A stretch of 64,000 nt of DNA from an uncultured Bacteroidia bacterium. Its GTDB lineage: Bacteria > Bacteroidota > Bacteroidia > Bacteroidales > UBA932. The stretch's first letter is position 1. The number at the start of each line of letters is the position of its first letter. A program made the position numbers and the translations under genes. This document shows positions 46,763-56,515 of this stretch, one piece after another. The notes beneath the pieces are model-generated. The model worked only from the letters and a program-made list of their open reading frames with translations, searched no databases and was not told the DNA's origin. The stretch lies in contig CADBPR010000030.1 in assembly GCA_902796555.1 (NCBI GenBank), forward strand, positions 20 to 64,019. Direction: 5' to 3'.

Positions 46763-47902
46763 ATGGAAGAAAACAAGAACAAACCCGGCCTTTTTGAGAA
46801 AGGCGGAAAAATGGGCTTCCTCCATTCCACGGTCGATGCCTTTGACACGTTCCTGCGCGTCCCCGCTTCGGTGACCCGCACCGGCGCCCATGTCCGCGAT
46901 GCCGTTGACCTGAAGCGCGTGATGATTCTCGTGGTGATTGCCTTGATTCCGGCCGCCCTGTTCGGCATGTGGAACGTCGGCTATCAGCACTACCTGGCTA
47001 TCGGCGAGTCCGCCGGATTCTGGGCCACTTTCTGGTACGGATTCCTGAAGGTACTCCCCCTCTATATCGTATCCTATGCCGTCGGCCTTTTCATTGAATT
47101 CGCCGGCGCCCAGATCAAAGGTGAGGAAGTAAACGAGGGCTACCTCGTGTCCGGCTTCCTGATTCCGCTGATCATGCCGGTGGACGTCCCCCTGTGGATG
47201 CTGGCCATCGCCGTCGCCTTCGCCGTTCTTTTCGGCAAGGAAGTGTTCGGCGGCACCGGTATGAACTTCCTGAACCCCGCCCTGCTCGCCCGCGCGTTCC
47301 TTTTCTTTGCTTACCCGAGCAAGATGTCCGGTTCCGACGTATGGGTCAGCCTGGGCAAGGATACCGCTGTTGACGGATTCTCCGGCGCCACCCCGCTCGG
47401 ACACCTTTCCGAAGGGATGGACGGCATCACCGCCGCCGGATATGACTGGCTGAACCTGTTCACCGGTACCGTCCCCGGCTCCGTCGGTGAGACCTCCATC
47501 ATCGCCATCCTCCTGGGTGCCGTCCTGCTGCTCTGGACCGGTATCGCCAGCTGGAAAATCATGTGCTCCTCCATCCTGGGCGCCCTGTTTGTGGGCTGGC
47601 TCGGCACCGCTTTCGGTGTGACCGACGTCCCGGCCTGGATGCAGCTGCTGATGGGCGGCTTCGCCTTCGGTACGGTCTTCATGGCCACCGACCCTGTCAC
47701 CTCCGCCCAGACGGAGACCGGCAAATGGATTTACGGTTTCCTGATCGGTGCGCTGTGCATCACCGTGCGCCTCTTCAACCCGGGCTATGCCGAGGGTATG
47801 ATGCTGGCCATTCTGCTGATGAACACCTTCGCTCCGCTGATTGACTACTGCGTCGTCAGCGCCGCCATCCGCAGGAAGAACAAAACTGTCAAAACCGCAT
47901 AA
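46763..47902 (+). CDS. nqrB: Na+-NQR subunit B
   Basis: HVRDAVDLKR, KEVFGGTG.N.LNPAL, flavinylation motif SGATPL, FMATDPV. Confidence 0.97.
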   Translation: MEENKNKPGLFEKGGKMGFLHSTVDAFDTFLRVPASVTRTGAHVRDAVDLKRVMILVVIALIPAALFGMWNVGYQHYLAIGESAGFWATFWYGFLKVLPLYIVSYAVGLFIEFAGAQIKGEEVNEGYLVSGFLIPLIMPVDVPLWMLAIAVAFAVLFGKEVFGGTGMNFLNPALLARAFLFFAYPSKMSGSDVWVSLGKDTAVDGFSGATPLGHLSEGMDGITAAGYDWLNLFTGTVPGSVGETSIIAILLGAVLLLWTGIASWKIMCSSILGALFVGWLGTAFGVTDVPAWMQLLMGGFAFGTVFMATDPVTSAQTETGKWIYGFLIGALCITVRLFNPGYAEGMMLAILLMNTFAPLIDYCVVSAAIRRKNKTVKTA

Positions 47903-47913
47903 ACGCACAGGAT

Positions 47914-48738
47914 ATGAATACCAACAGCAACGTATACACAGTAGTCTATACTACAGTCATCGTGGTCCTGGTCGCAGCGATTCTTGCGGTTGTTTCGCAG
48001 TCGCTCAAGAGCCGGCAGGAAGCCAACGAGAAGGCAGATACCATCTCGCAGATGCTGACCGCCGCCGGCTTCGGCACCAAGGCCGAATTCCAGCAGATCG
48101 GCAACGCAGCCGTCATTGCCAAGTATAAAGAGGAAATCGCTTCCGCCTACACGGTGGACACCGACAACCAGAAAATCAACGATTTGAGCATCGAGAACGC
48201 GGAAATCTACACCCCTGCCAAGCTGAAGAAGCAGAACTACCTGATCAAAGGCATGCAGGAGGGACAGATTGAACTGCCGGTCTTCGAGTTCAAGAACGGT
48301 ATCACCGTCGTGCCCATTTACGGAGCCGGTCTCTGGGGCCCGATTTGGGGCTATATCGCTTTCAATCAGCCTGTTGACGGAAGCATTACCATCAAGGGCG
48401 CGTACTTCGACCATGAGTCCGAGACCGCCGGCCTCGGTTCCAAAATCAAGGACGACCCGCAATTCCAGGCGGAATTCGTGGGCGAAAAGCCTGATTTCTC
48501 GCAAAGCAACATTTTCGAGATTGTCAAGGGCGGTTCTCCCAAGAACGCCGACAACAGCGAGGTCATCGACAACAAAATCGATGCTATCACCGGTGCGACC
48601 ATGACATCCCAGGGTCTGGACAAAGCCATCGATACCTGGCTGAGCGCGTATGCCAAGCATTTCAACGCCCCTTGCCCCGTAGCGGAAGAGGTGATTGCCG
48701 CGGCCGAAACGGAAGAAACCAAAGCAGAGGAGGAATAA
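47914..48738 (+). CDS. nqrC: Na+-NQR subunit C
   Basis: GAGLWGPIWG, HESETAGLG, flavinylation motif DAITGATMTS. Confidence 0.96.
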   Translation: MNTNSNVYTVVYTTVIVVLVAAILAVVSQSLKSRQEANEKADTISQMLTAAGFGTKAEFQQIGNAAVIAKYKEEIASAYTVDTDNQKINDLSIENAEIYTPAKLKKQNYLIKGMQEGQIELPVFEFKNGITVVPIYGAGLWGPIWGYIAFNQPVDGSITIKGAYFDHESETAGLGSKIKDDPQFQAEFVGEKPDFSQSNIFEIVKGGSPKNADNSEVIDNKIDAITGATMTSQGLDKAIDTWLSAYAKHFNAPCPVAEEVIAAAETEETKAEEE

Positions 48739-48741
48739 ACG

Positions 48742-49356
48742 ATGGACGCAAAACTTAAAGAAACCATATTCAACCCCATTTTCAAGGGGAACCCGATTAC
48801 CGTCCTGGTGCTCGGTATCTGCTCTTCACTGGCCGTTACCGTCACGATGAAAGGCGCGCTCGTCATGGCGCTGTCCGTCATCGTCGTGACCGGTATTTCC
48901 AGTCTGATTCTTTCCCTGCTGCGGAACACGATTCCGAGCCGGGTCCGTATTATCGTGCAGCTCGTGGTCGTGGCCATGATGGTGATTCTCGTGGACCAGA
49001 TTCTGAAGTCCTTCGAGGCCACCTATGCCATTGACAAACAGCTGAGCGTCTATATCGGCCTGATTATCACCAACTGTATCGTGATGGGTCGTATCGAAGC
49101 CTTCGCCCTCGGCAACAAACCGATTCCTTCCCTGCTGGACGGTATCGCCAACGGCGCCGGTTACGGAATGATTCTGCTGATTGTCGCCTTCTTCCGGGAA
49201 CTGCTCGGCAGCGGCACGCTCTTCGGATTCGATATCCTGAACCGCTTCGGATACGTCGCCAACAACCTGGTGATTCTGCCGCCCTTCGCCCTCATCCTCC
49301 TGGGATGTATCGTGTGGGTCCAGCGGAGCATCCAGAAAGACCTTCAGGAGAAATAA
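48742..49356 (+). CDS. nqrD: Na+-NQR subunit D
   Basis: NPI...LGICSSLAVT, GLIITNCIVMGR.EAFA, RELLGSG. Confidence 0.97.
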   Translation: MDAKLKETIFNPIFKGNPITVLVLGICSSLAVTVTMKGALVMALSVIVVTGISSLILSLLRNTIPSRVRIIVQLVVVAMMVILVDQILKSFEATYAIDKQLSVYIGLIITNCIVMGRIEAFALGNKPIPSLLDGIANGAGYGMILLIVAFFRELLGSGTLFGFDILNRFGYVANNLVILPPFALILLGCIVWVQRSIQKDLQEK

Positions 49357-49373
49357 CCTAACACATCAGGATT

Positions 49374-49988
49374 ATGGAATATTTAAGCTTATTCGTAAAG
49401 TCAATTTTCGTTGACAATATGATTTTTGCATACTTCCTCGGTATGTGCTCATACCTGGCGGTATCCAAAAACGTGAAGACAGCTGCCGGTCTTGGTGTCG
49501 CTGTTATCTTTGTCCTTCTCGTGACCCTCCCGATCAACTACCTGTTGAACGAGTACGTCCTCAAGCCGGGCGCCCTGTCCTGGCTGGGCGAAGGCTTTGC
49601 ACAGGTGGACCTGAGCTTCCTCAGTTTCATCATCTTCATTGCCGTCATCGCCGCCATCGTACAGATTGTGGAGATGGTCGTCGAGAAATTCTCCCCTTCC
49701 CTGTATTCCGCGCTGGGTATTTTCCTGCCGCTGATTGCCGTGAACTGCGCCATCCTGGGCGCCTCCCTGTTCATGCAGCAGCGCGACTTCGTAAACGTCG
49801 GTGAATCTGCCGTTTACGCCCTGGGTAGCGGTCTGGGCTGGTTCCTGGCCATCGTCTCTCTCGCGGCCATCCGCGAGAAAATGGCGTACAGCAAGGTTCC
49901 CGCTGCGCTCAAGGGTCTGGGCATCACATTCATCACCGTCGGTCTGATGGCCCTGGCCTTCATGACCTTCATGGGTATTTCACTGTAA
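49374..49988 (+). CDS. nqrE: Na+-NQR subunit E
   Basis: [34 protein letters not shown]. Confidence 0.97.
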   Translation: MEYLSLFVKSIFVDNMIFAYFLGMCSYLAVSKNVKTAAGLGVAVIFVLLVTLPINYLLNEYVLKPGALSWLGEGFAQVDLSFLSFIIFIAVIAAIVQIVEMVVEKFSPSLYSALGIFLPLIAVNCAILGASLFMQQRDFVNVGESAVYALGSGLGWFLAIVSLAAIREKMAYSKVPAALKGLGITFITVGLMALAFMTFMGISL

Positions 49989-50004
49989 AATAGGAGGAGC
50001 GTAT

Positions 50005-51276
50005 ATGAGTTCAACGATTTTATCAGCCATCTGTGTCATCACGATTGTGACACTTCTGCTCGTTGCCCTTCTCTTGATTATCAAGGCGAAGCTGACTCCT
50101 TCGGGAACCGTCAAAATCGATATCAACAACGGTAAGAAAGTGCTGGACGTCCAGCAGGGCGGCGATTTGCTCCACACCCTCGCAGACGAAAAGATTTTCC
50201 TCCCCTCCGCTTGCGGCGGCAAGGCCAACTGCGGCCAGTGCAAAGTCCGCGTTCTGGAAGGCGGCGGCAGCATCCTGCCGACCGAAGAAGGTTTCTTCTC
50301 CCGCAAACAGATTAAGGACGGCTGGCGGCTGGGCTGCCAGGTGAAGGTGAAAGACAACCTCCAGATTGCCGTTCCGGATTCTGCCCTCAGCGTGAAGAAA
50401 CTTGAGTGCGAAGTCATTTCCAACAAGAACGTGGCCACCTTCATCAAGGAATTCACGGTCCGTCTCCCCGAAGGCGAGAACATCGAGTTCAAGTCCGGCG
50501 AATACATCCAGATTGACATCCCGGCCTACGATGTCTGGTTCAAGGACATCGACGTGGATCCCGAGTACCGGGCCGACTGGGAGAAGTACGGTTTCTTCGA
50601 CCTCCACGCTGTGAATGCCGAACCGACAATCCGTGCCTATTCCATGGCCTCCTACCCGGCCGAGAAGAACATAATCAAGCTCAACGTCCGTATCGCGACC
50701 CCTCCGTTCGACCGGAGCCAGCCGCGTGGCGTGTTCAAGATGCTGCCGGTGCCTCCGGGCATTGCGTCCAGCTACGTGTTTACCCGCTAGCCGGGTGACA
50801 AGGTGACCATTTCCGGTCCTTACGGTGAGTTTCTCCTGCCGGAGAACGACCCGGACAGCCAGGAATACATCTTCGTCGGCGGCGGTGCCGGTATGGCCCC
50901 TCTGCGCAGCCATATCATGCACCTGTTCAAGACCCTCCGGACCCGTCGCGAGGTGCACTTCTTCTATGGTGCACGCGCCCTGGTCGAAGCCTTCTACCTG
51001 GAAGACTTCGCCGAACTGGAAGCCGAATTCCCGAACTTCCACTTCCACCTGGCCCTCGACCGTCCGGACCCGGCAGCCGATGCTGCAGGCGTGAAGTACA
51101 CGGCAGGCTTCGTTCACAACGTGATGAACGAGACCTATCTGAAGAACCACGAGGCCCCCGAGGATATCAAGTATTTCATGTGCGGCCCGCCTATGATGGT
51201 CGGAGCGGTGAACAACCTGCTCGACAGCCTGGGCGTCGCACCCGAAAGCATCCTGTACGACAACTTCGGTGCATAA
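50005..51276 (+). pseudogene. nqrF: Na+-NQR subunit F interrupted by one in-frame TAG (50788-50790); 423 aa if read through
   Basis: ORFs 50005-50790 and 50803-51276 are in the same frame: SACGGKANCGQC (2Fe-2S), RAYSMA, GIASSYVFTR*PGDKVTISGPYG, GGGAGMAP, MCGPP. Gene identity is certain; whether it is truly non-functional is not. Confidence 0.75.
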
Positions 51277-51293
51277 CGGCACCGTTCCAGATG

Positions 51294-51328
51294 AATCCCG
51301 GATTTCGCAAGAATCCGGGATTTTTTTT
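51294..51328 (+). terminator. Intrinsic terminator of the nqr operon
   Basis: AATCCCGGATT-TCGCAAG-AATCCGGGATT followed by a T-run. Confidence 0.9.
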
Positions 51329-51409
51329 CATTCTTGACGAAAAAAGATAAACATCGTATATTTCTTGCTTACATTTTTTTACCTGTGTTGACCGTTTGAA
51401 AAAGCCCGC

Positions 51410-51417
51410 TATCTTTG
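51410..51417 (+). promoter_or_regulatory. -7 promoter box (TATCTTTG)
   Basis: TAnnTTTG match upstream of ATG 51433. Confidence 0.6.
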
Positions 51418-51432
51418 CCGAAAAATGATGAT

Positions 51433-52506
51433 ATGGTCGTATTTCAGCATAGAACAGCCAGCGGCGGGAACTTCCTCTCAACCTTGTGGAACTCTGCCCT
51501 CATTTCTCATATTTACTGTGCAATCTGCCATTCTGGCCGCCGCCTGCTTGCGGCATCTTCAGTTCCCGCCCTCCTGTGCTGTTGTACGGGCTCCTTCACG
51601 GCCGAAGAAGCAGTCCGCATCCGGCTGCACGCTCCCGGGGGACAGCCGTCCGGATGCCTGGATATCTTTTATTTCAATGACGACTCGCTCGGAAGGCTGG
51701 ATGCCTACCAGCGGATTGACCGCTACCGGAACGAAGGGGAAATCACCGGCCTCTCCACCCGGGGCGGCAAGCGGATGGTCATCCTGGCCAATTCCGCCGA
51801 CGACCGGTACACCTGGGCGGACATCAATGCATACGAAGGGCTGATGGGGCTGGTCTGCGAACTCAAAAACGAAGACCCCGTCTTCCCTGTCATGAGCGGT
51901 CAGCGCAGGCTTCAGGCCGGAGAAGAAAGCCGCATCGATGTCACCCTGTCCCCGGTGCTCAGTGAAATCGTCGTGGCCTCGCTGAGCTGCGATTTTCACG
52001 GGAAGCCCTATGAAGGGGCGCAGCTGGAGGATATCCGCATCTATCTGACCAATGTCAACAGCCGCTGCTCCCCTTTCTGTGAGCAGGTTCCCCTGCCGGG
52101 CGGGATTGTCAACGAAGCCGGCCTCCGGGAGGAAGAACTGCACACATTCCGCCACCCCCAGATGCTGCTGGCCAACTGGCCGGAACCTGTCGGAGAAACG
52201 GTCGTGTTCACCAACCTGCATTTCTACTGTTATCCCAACCAGGCGGTCCGGGAAGGCTTCGGCACCCCTTTCACCCGACTGGTCATCGAAGGGAAACTCG
52301 GCGGAGAAACCTGGTACTGGCCCTTGAACCTCAACCGGCAGGAAGACGGCGGCGGAATCGCCCGCAACCGCAGTTACCGCCTGGACATTACCCTGACCCA
52401 ACGGGGCGTCAAAGACCCGGACACGCCCATCGAGGGCGTCGCGGCAAAGCTGGAGCTGCAACTGGAAAACTGGGTGGAATGTCCGCCCGTATATATACCT
52501 TTCTGA
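51433..52506 (+). CDS. Putative type V pilus (FimB/Mfa2-like) lipoprotein
   Basis: LDIFYF....G.L, .VILAN, P.MSG, FYCYPN, T.LVI.G...G..WYWP..L, RN..Y..DITL...G resemble the two-domain type V pilin fold; start uncertain. Confidence 0.5.
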   Translation: MVVFQHRTASGGNFLSTLWNSALISHIYCAICHSGRRLLAASSVPALLCCCTGSFTAEEAVRIRLHAPGGQPSGCLDIFYFNDDSLGRLDAYQRIDRYRNEGEITGLSTRGGKRMVILANSADDRYTWADINAYEGLMGLVCELKNEDPVFPVMSGQRRLQAGEESRIDVTLSPVLSEIVVASLSCDFHGKPYEGAQLEDIRIYLTNVNSRCSPFCEQVPLPGGIVNEAGLREEELHTFRHPQMLLANWPEPVGETVVFTNLHFYCYPNQAVREGFGTPFTRLVIEGKLGGETWYWPLNLNRQEDGGGIARNRSYRLDITLTQRGVKDPDTPIEGVAAKLELQLENWVECPPVYIPF

Positions 52507-52507
52507 T

Positions 52508-53401
52508 ATGCGTACCCCTTGGATTTACCTGCTTTTCATCCTGCTGGCCGTCGCCTGCCGCCGTGAGGACGCGGTCCGGCCTGTGGAAGTGACCCTCCGG
52601 GTGACCGTCTCCAAATCGGAGGACCCGCCAGAAGATTTGCTCACGGATATCAACCTGCTGGTTTTCAATGCAGAAGGGCAGCTGGAAGAACGGCGCTACG
52701 TCCGTGCGAGGGACCCCGCCTCCCGCGAATCGTTCCGCCTGCGGCTGCTCGGCGGGTCGCAGCTGACCCTGGTGGCCTGCGCCAACCTGGGCCGCGCCGT
52801 GCAGGCCACGACCCTTGCCCAGCTCGCCGAAGAGCGTCTGTATTTGGCCTATCCTGACGCGTACAGCCAGGGGATGCCCCTCTGCGGCATGCTCACCACG
52901 GAGCTTTCGCCGGGTCAACAAAGCCTGACCCTTCCCCTGACCCGCATGATGGCCCGGGTCGGCATCACCCTGGACCGGACCCGGCTGGACGGGGACGTGT
53001 CCTTGAAAATCCAAAGCGTCCGGGTGGGCGACAGCCCCCGCTCGGTCAGCCTGCTGGGCCCCAGTTACGCACGCAATGCACAGGATGTATTCGACCCGGG
53101 CTTCGGGAAAAGCTGGGGGGATGCGGATGCCCTGAATCGGGAGGCCCGGCCAGGCGTCAGCGAAGAGCTCTTTCTCTATCTGTTGGAAAACTGCCCGGAA
53201 GACGGTGCGGGCATTCGCTCGTACATAGAGCTCAAGGCGGAATATGCCTCTCCCCGCTTCCGTACGCAGGCCGGGAGTTATGTCACCTATCGGTTTTATC
53301 CGGGAGAAGCCCTCTGCCGGGGGAAAAGCTACCACTTTATTCTCCGGCCGGAAGGCACGGCCCTGCCGGAGCCGTCCTGGAGCGTTGACTATGCGGAATA
53401 A
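52508..53401 (+). CDS. Putative type V pilin-like (DUF4906/Fim-like) lipoprotein
   Basis: Lipobox LAVAC; DINLLVFN.EG.LE, ACANLG, L.LTRMMARV, YLLEN, SYIELKA, YRFY.G. Confidence 0.55.
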   Translation: MRTPWIYLLFILLAVACRREDAVRPVEVTLRVTVSKSEDPPEDLLTDINLLVFNAEGQLEERRYVRARDPASRESFRLRLLGGSQLTLVACANLGRAVQATTLAQLAEERLYLAYPDAYSQGMPLCGMLTTELSPGQQSLTLPLTRMMARVGITLDRTRLDGDVSLKIQSVRVGDSPRSVSLLGPSYARNAQDVFDPGFGKSWGDADALNREARPGVSEELFLYLLENCPEDGAGIRSYIELKAEYASPRFRTQAGSYVTYRFYPGEALCRGKSYHFILRPEGTALPEPSWSVDYAE

Positions 53402-54309
53402 TCCTGCAGGCAGGCCTGCAGTGCATCGGTCCAGTATGGAATCCGTGTGCCGAAGACAGTCTTGATTTTCGTTTTGTCCAGGACCGAATACGGCGGACGC
53501 TGCACTTGCGAAGGGAATTCATCGCTGTGGCAGGGCTGGATGTCGCACCGGGTATGGCCGGAACAACGGGCGATGGCCTTGGCGAAATCATACCAGCTGC
53601 ACACGCCCTCGTTGCTGTAATGGTAAATGCCGCTATGGCCCTTGTACAGGCCTTCTTCCAGGATGCGGATGATTTCTCCGGCCAAATCGCCGGCGAAAGT
53701 CGGCGTGCCGACCTGGTCGAAAACGACCTTCAGCGACGGTTTCGAGGCCGTCAGGTCCAGCATCGTTTTCAGGAAGTTCCGGCCATACAGGCTGTACAGC
53801 CAGGCGGTGCGCAGGATGACATAGTGGCAACCGGAAGCCAGGACAGCCTGTTCTCCGCGGAGCTTGGTAGCCCCGTAAACGCCTGTCGGACAAGAATCTG
53901 CATCCTCTTGACGAGGCGTATTGCCGGTCTGTCCCCCAAAGACATAATCCGTAGAGATATGTATCAGCAATCCCCCGGTGGCGGCCATGGCTTCGGCCAG
54001 GTATTCCACGGCCTTCGCATTCAGCAGTTCCGCCTTCTCGGGCTGGCTTTCAGCGCCCTCCACATCGGTAAAGGCAGCGCAGTTGACGATGGCGTCAATT
54101 TCTTCATCCTGCACGAAACGGCCGATATCCTCGGGGTCCGTCACGTCGACATGATAGACGGGATAGCCCTCCCGCCGCGTGACGTCGCTCAGGTAATAAT
54201 AATGCCCGTTGTGGGGAATGCAGGCCTTCTTTTCATCACCGCCTGCCGCCAGTATCCGGCGAAGGGTACAACCCAATTGGCCGTTGGCACCTGTAATCAA
54301 TACTTTCAT
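53389..54309 (-). CDS. rmlD: dTDP-4-dehydrorhamnose reductase
   Basis: LITGANGQLG, NCAAFT.V, HISTDYVF, YGATKL.GE, DQVGTPT, RP.YSVLD; start corrected to 54309. Confidence 0.96.
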   Translation of the reverse strand: MKVLITGANGQLGCTLRRILAAGGDEKKACIPHNGHYYYLSDVTRREGYPVYHVDVTDPEDIGRFVQDEEIDAIVNCAAFTDVEGAESQPEKAELLNAKAVEYLAEAMAATGGLLIHISTDYVFGGQTGNTPRQEDADSCPTGVYGATKLRGEQAVLASGCHYVILRTAWLYSLYGRNFLKTMLDLTASKPSLKVVFDQVGTPTFAGDLAGEIIRILEEGLYKGHSGIYHYSNEGVCSWYDFAKAIARCSGHTRCDIQPCHSDEFPSQVQRPPYSVLDKTKIKTVFGTRIPYWTDALQACLQDYSA

Positions 54310-54872
54310 ATCTGTCCGTAAACAAAATGCACCGGAGCCGTCGCCAGCGTCGGATTCTCCCGGTCCTTGGGACTCAGCACCGCCGCTTCGGCCGACACCT
54401 GCCAATCAATGCCCAGCGCAGGGTCGAAAAGGTCGATTCCGGCTTCGGAATCCCGCTGGTAGAAGTTGTCGCATTTATACTGGAAGACAGCCTTTTCGCT
54501 CAGCACGGAAAAGCCGTGGGCAAAGCCCTTGGGAATCAGCAACTGGGTGTGGTTGTCGGCAGACAGTTCCACGGCCACGTGACGGCCATAGGTGGGACTC
54601 CCCTTCCGGATGTCGACCACGACATCCAGCACACGGCCCAGCACGCAACGCACCAGCTTGGTCTGGGTATAGGGCGGACGCTGATAATGCAGTCCCCGGA
54701 TAACTCCGAAGGATGACATACTCTCGTTATCCTGCACGAAATGCAGTTCCAAACCTGTTTCCCGGGCAAATTCCCGCGCATTGAAACTCTCAAAAAAATA
54801 CCCGCGGGCATCTTCGAACACACGCGGCCGAATCACCAGAACGTCTTGTATCGCTGTCCGGACAATCTCCAT
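54306..54872 (-). CDS. rmlC: dTDP-4-dehydrorhamnose 3,5-epimerase
   Basis: D.RGYFFE, FVQDNES.S, RGLHYQ, KLVRC, DIRKGSPT, GFAHGF, YKCD. Confidence 0.97.
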   Translation of the reverse strand: MEIVRTAIQDVLVIRPRVFEDARGYFFESFNAREFARETGLELHFVQDNESMSSFGVIRGLHYQRPPYTQTKLVRCVLGRVLDVVVDIRKGSPTYGRHVAVELSADNHTQLLIPKGFAHGFSVLSEKAVFQYKCDNFYQRDSEAGIDLFDPALGIDWQVSAEAAVLSPKDRENPTLATAPVHFVYGQI

Positions 54873-54895
54873 ACTGCTCCTTTGAATAAGTCTTG

Positions 54896-54903
54896 CAAAA
54901 ATA
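54896..54903 (-). promoter_or_regulatory. -7 promoter box (TATTTTTG) for rmlC-rmlD
   Basis: TAnnTTTG match 24 nt upstream of the rmlC start. Confidence 0.55.
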
Positions 54904-54957
54904 ACCATAATATCCGACAAAAGCGCATTTTTGCACCATTTTTATACGAAGAATGCT

Positions 54958-54965
54958 TATCTTTG
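54958..54965 (+). promoter_or_regulatory. -7 promoter box (TATCTTTG) for the tagD-like/GT4 genes
   Basis: TAnnTTTG followed by only 4 nt before ATG 54970. Confidence 0.65.
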
Positions 54966-54969
54966 CAAC

Positions 54970-55374
54970 ATGAAAACCGTATTGACAGTCGGCGTTTTCG
55001 ACCTCCTGCACCTCGGTCATGTGGAATTGTTCCGCAAGGCCAGGGCGCTGGGAGACCGTCTCGTCGTTGCCGTTCAGGACGGCGACTGGGTCGCCAAATA
55101 CAAGCCCGGAGCCCGCACCGTCGGCAGCACGGAAGAACGCGCCTATATGGTCAAGGCCATCAAATACGTGGATGACATCGTCATCTACCGGGACGTGGAA
55201 ACCATCGTGGACGAAGTCGATTTCGACATCTTCGCCGCCGGCCCCGACCAAAGGCATGCGGGCTTCCGGAAAGTGTTCGACTGGTGTCGGGACCATGACA
55301 AACAAGTTGTGATTCTGCCGCGTACCGAAGGGATATCCACGACTGAACTGAAAGAACACATCAAACAACTCTAA
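54970..55374 (+). CDS. TagD-like (glycerol-3-phosphate) cytidylyltransferase family protein
   Basis: GVFDLLHLGH (HxGH), LPRTEGISTT. Confidence 0.88.
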   Translation: MKTVLTVGVFDLLHLGHVELFRKARALGDRLVVAVQDGDWVAKYKPGARTVGSTEERAYMVKAIKYVDDIVIYRDVETIVDEVDFDIFAAGPDQRHAGFRKVFDWCRDHDKQVVILPRTEGISTTELKEHIKQL

Positions 55375-55378
55375 GCGC

Positions 55379-56515
55379 ATGCCTACCGTTGCTTTTATCA
55401 ATAACGGGTTCCCCGAAGGCGGCGTCGCCCGCGTTACCCTGGATATCGCCCGCTATGCCCGTACGGCTGCGCCTTCCTACCGCATCATCGTCCTGGCAAG
55501 CCGGATTGTCGAGAGCATGATGAACGACGAAATCCGCAGCCTGGTCCAACTGATCCAGACCGACGACCCGGTGCGGAAAGCCCGTGAAATCCACGCCGAC
55601 ATCCTGGTGGAGTGTTCCTGGATTTTCAAAGGCACGGAGAAAACCCGCGCCGCCGGGACCAAAATCGTCTTCGCCAACCACGGCGAGGCCTTCCATGAAA
55701 TGTATTCCATCCTGGACCACCGGCAGGGCGGGCACAAACGCCATTGGTGGAACCGGGTCCTGTGGAATCTCTATCAAAAAAAGCTGTATACGGACGGCGG
55801 CAAAGCGCTGCGCCTGGCCCAGGAACGGGCGGCCCGCAACTATGCCGCCAGCGATGCCTACGTTGTCCTGTGCGAAGGGTACCGCCGCCAGACCGAAGCC
55901 ATACTCGCCGGCCAGGATTCCGGCCGGCTGTGGGTTATCAACAACCCGGAGTATCCGGTGGAGCATCCGACCCTGCAGAAGGAGAAACTGATTCTCTTCT
56001 GCGGACGCCTGTGTGACTACGACAAAAAACCGGAACGGCTGCTGCGCATCTGGAGGCAGGTACAGCATCAGCTGCCGGACTATCGGCTCGCCCTGGTCGG
56101 AGACGGAGATGAACGCCCCCGGCTGGAAGCCCTGGCCCGGGAATGGAAACTGGAGCGCTGCTCATTCGAGGGACGCACCTCTCATCCCGAAACCTGGTAC
56201 CGGAAAGCCGATATCCTCTGCCTGGTATCCCAGACAGAAGGCTGGCCGCTCTGTCTGACGGAGGCGCTGGCTCATGGGGTGATTCCCATCGCATTCAACT
56301 GTTCCGCCGGAGTGGAAGAAATCCTCTCCCGAACCGGATTCCTGGTTCCGCACCCGGACGAGGAGGCTTTCGCCCGCACCCTGGTGGATGTCGCCCGCCG
56401 GTCCGATGAAGAAAAGATGATGCTCCGCCAGGCGGGAATCGAAAGGGTTGCAGAACTGGCGCCGGACCGCATCGGGGCCCGCTGGATAGCACTTTTCAAC
56501 GCATTGCTCGCTTGA
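55379..56515 (+). CDS. GT4 family glycosyltransferase
   Basis: GGVAR, GRL...K...LL..W, VGDG, S.TEGWP..L.EA...G. Confidence 0.88.
   Translation: MPTVAFINNGFPEGGVARVTLDIARYARTAAPSYRIIVLASRIVESMMNDEIRSLVQLIQTDDPVRKAREIHADILVECSWIFKGTEKTRAAGTKIVFANHGEAFHEMYSILDHRQGGHKRHWWNRVLWNLYQKKLYTDGGKALRLAQERAARNYAASDAYVVLCEGYRRQTEAILAGQDSGRLWVINNPEYPVEHPTLQKEKLILFCGRLCDYDKKPERLLRIWRQVQHQLPDYRLALVGDGDERPRLEALAREWKLERCSFEGRTSHPETWYRKADILCLVSQTEGWPLCLTEALAHGVIPIAFNCSAGVEEILSRTGFLVPHPDEEAFARTLVDVARRSDEEKMMLRQAGIERVAELAPDRIGARWIALFNALLA

Noticed and set aside
50005-51276. Genome-wide TAG reassignment (pyrrolysine or genetic code 15)
   Set aside because: Only one internal TAG was seen among about 45 genes, four genes use TAG at natural C-termini, and no pyl or suppressor genes are visible.
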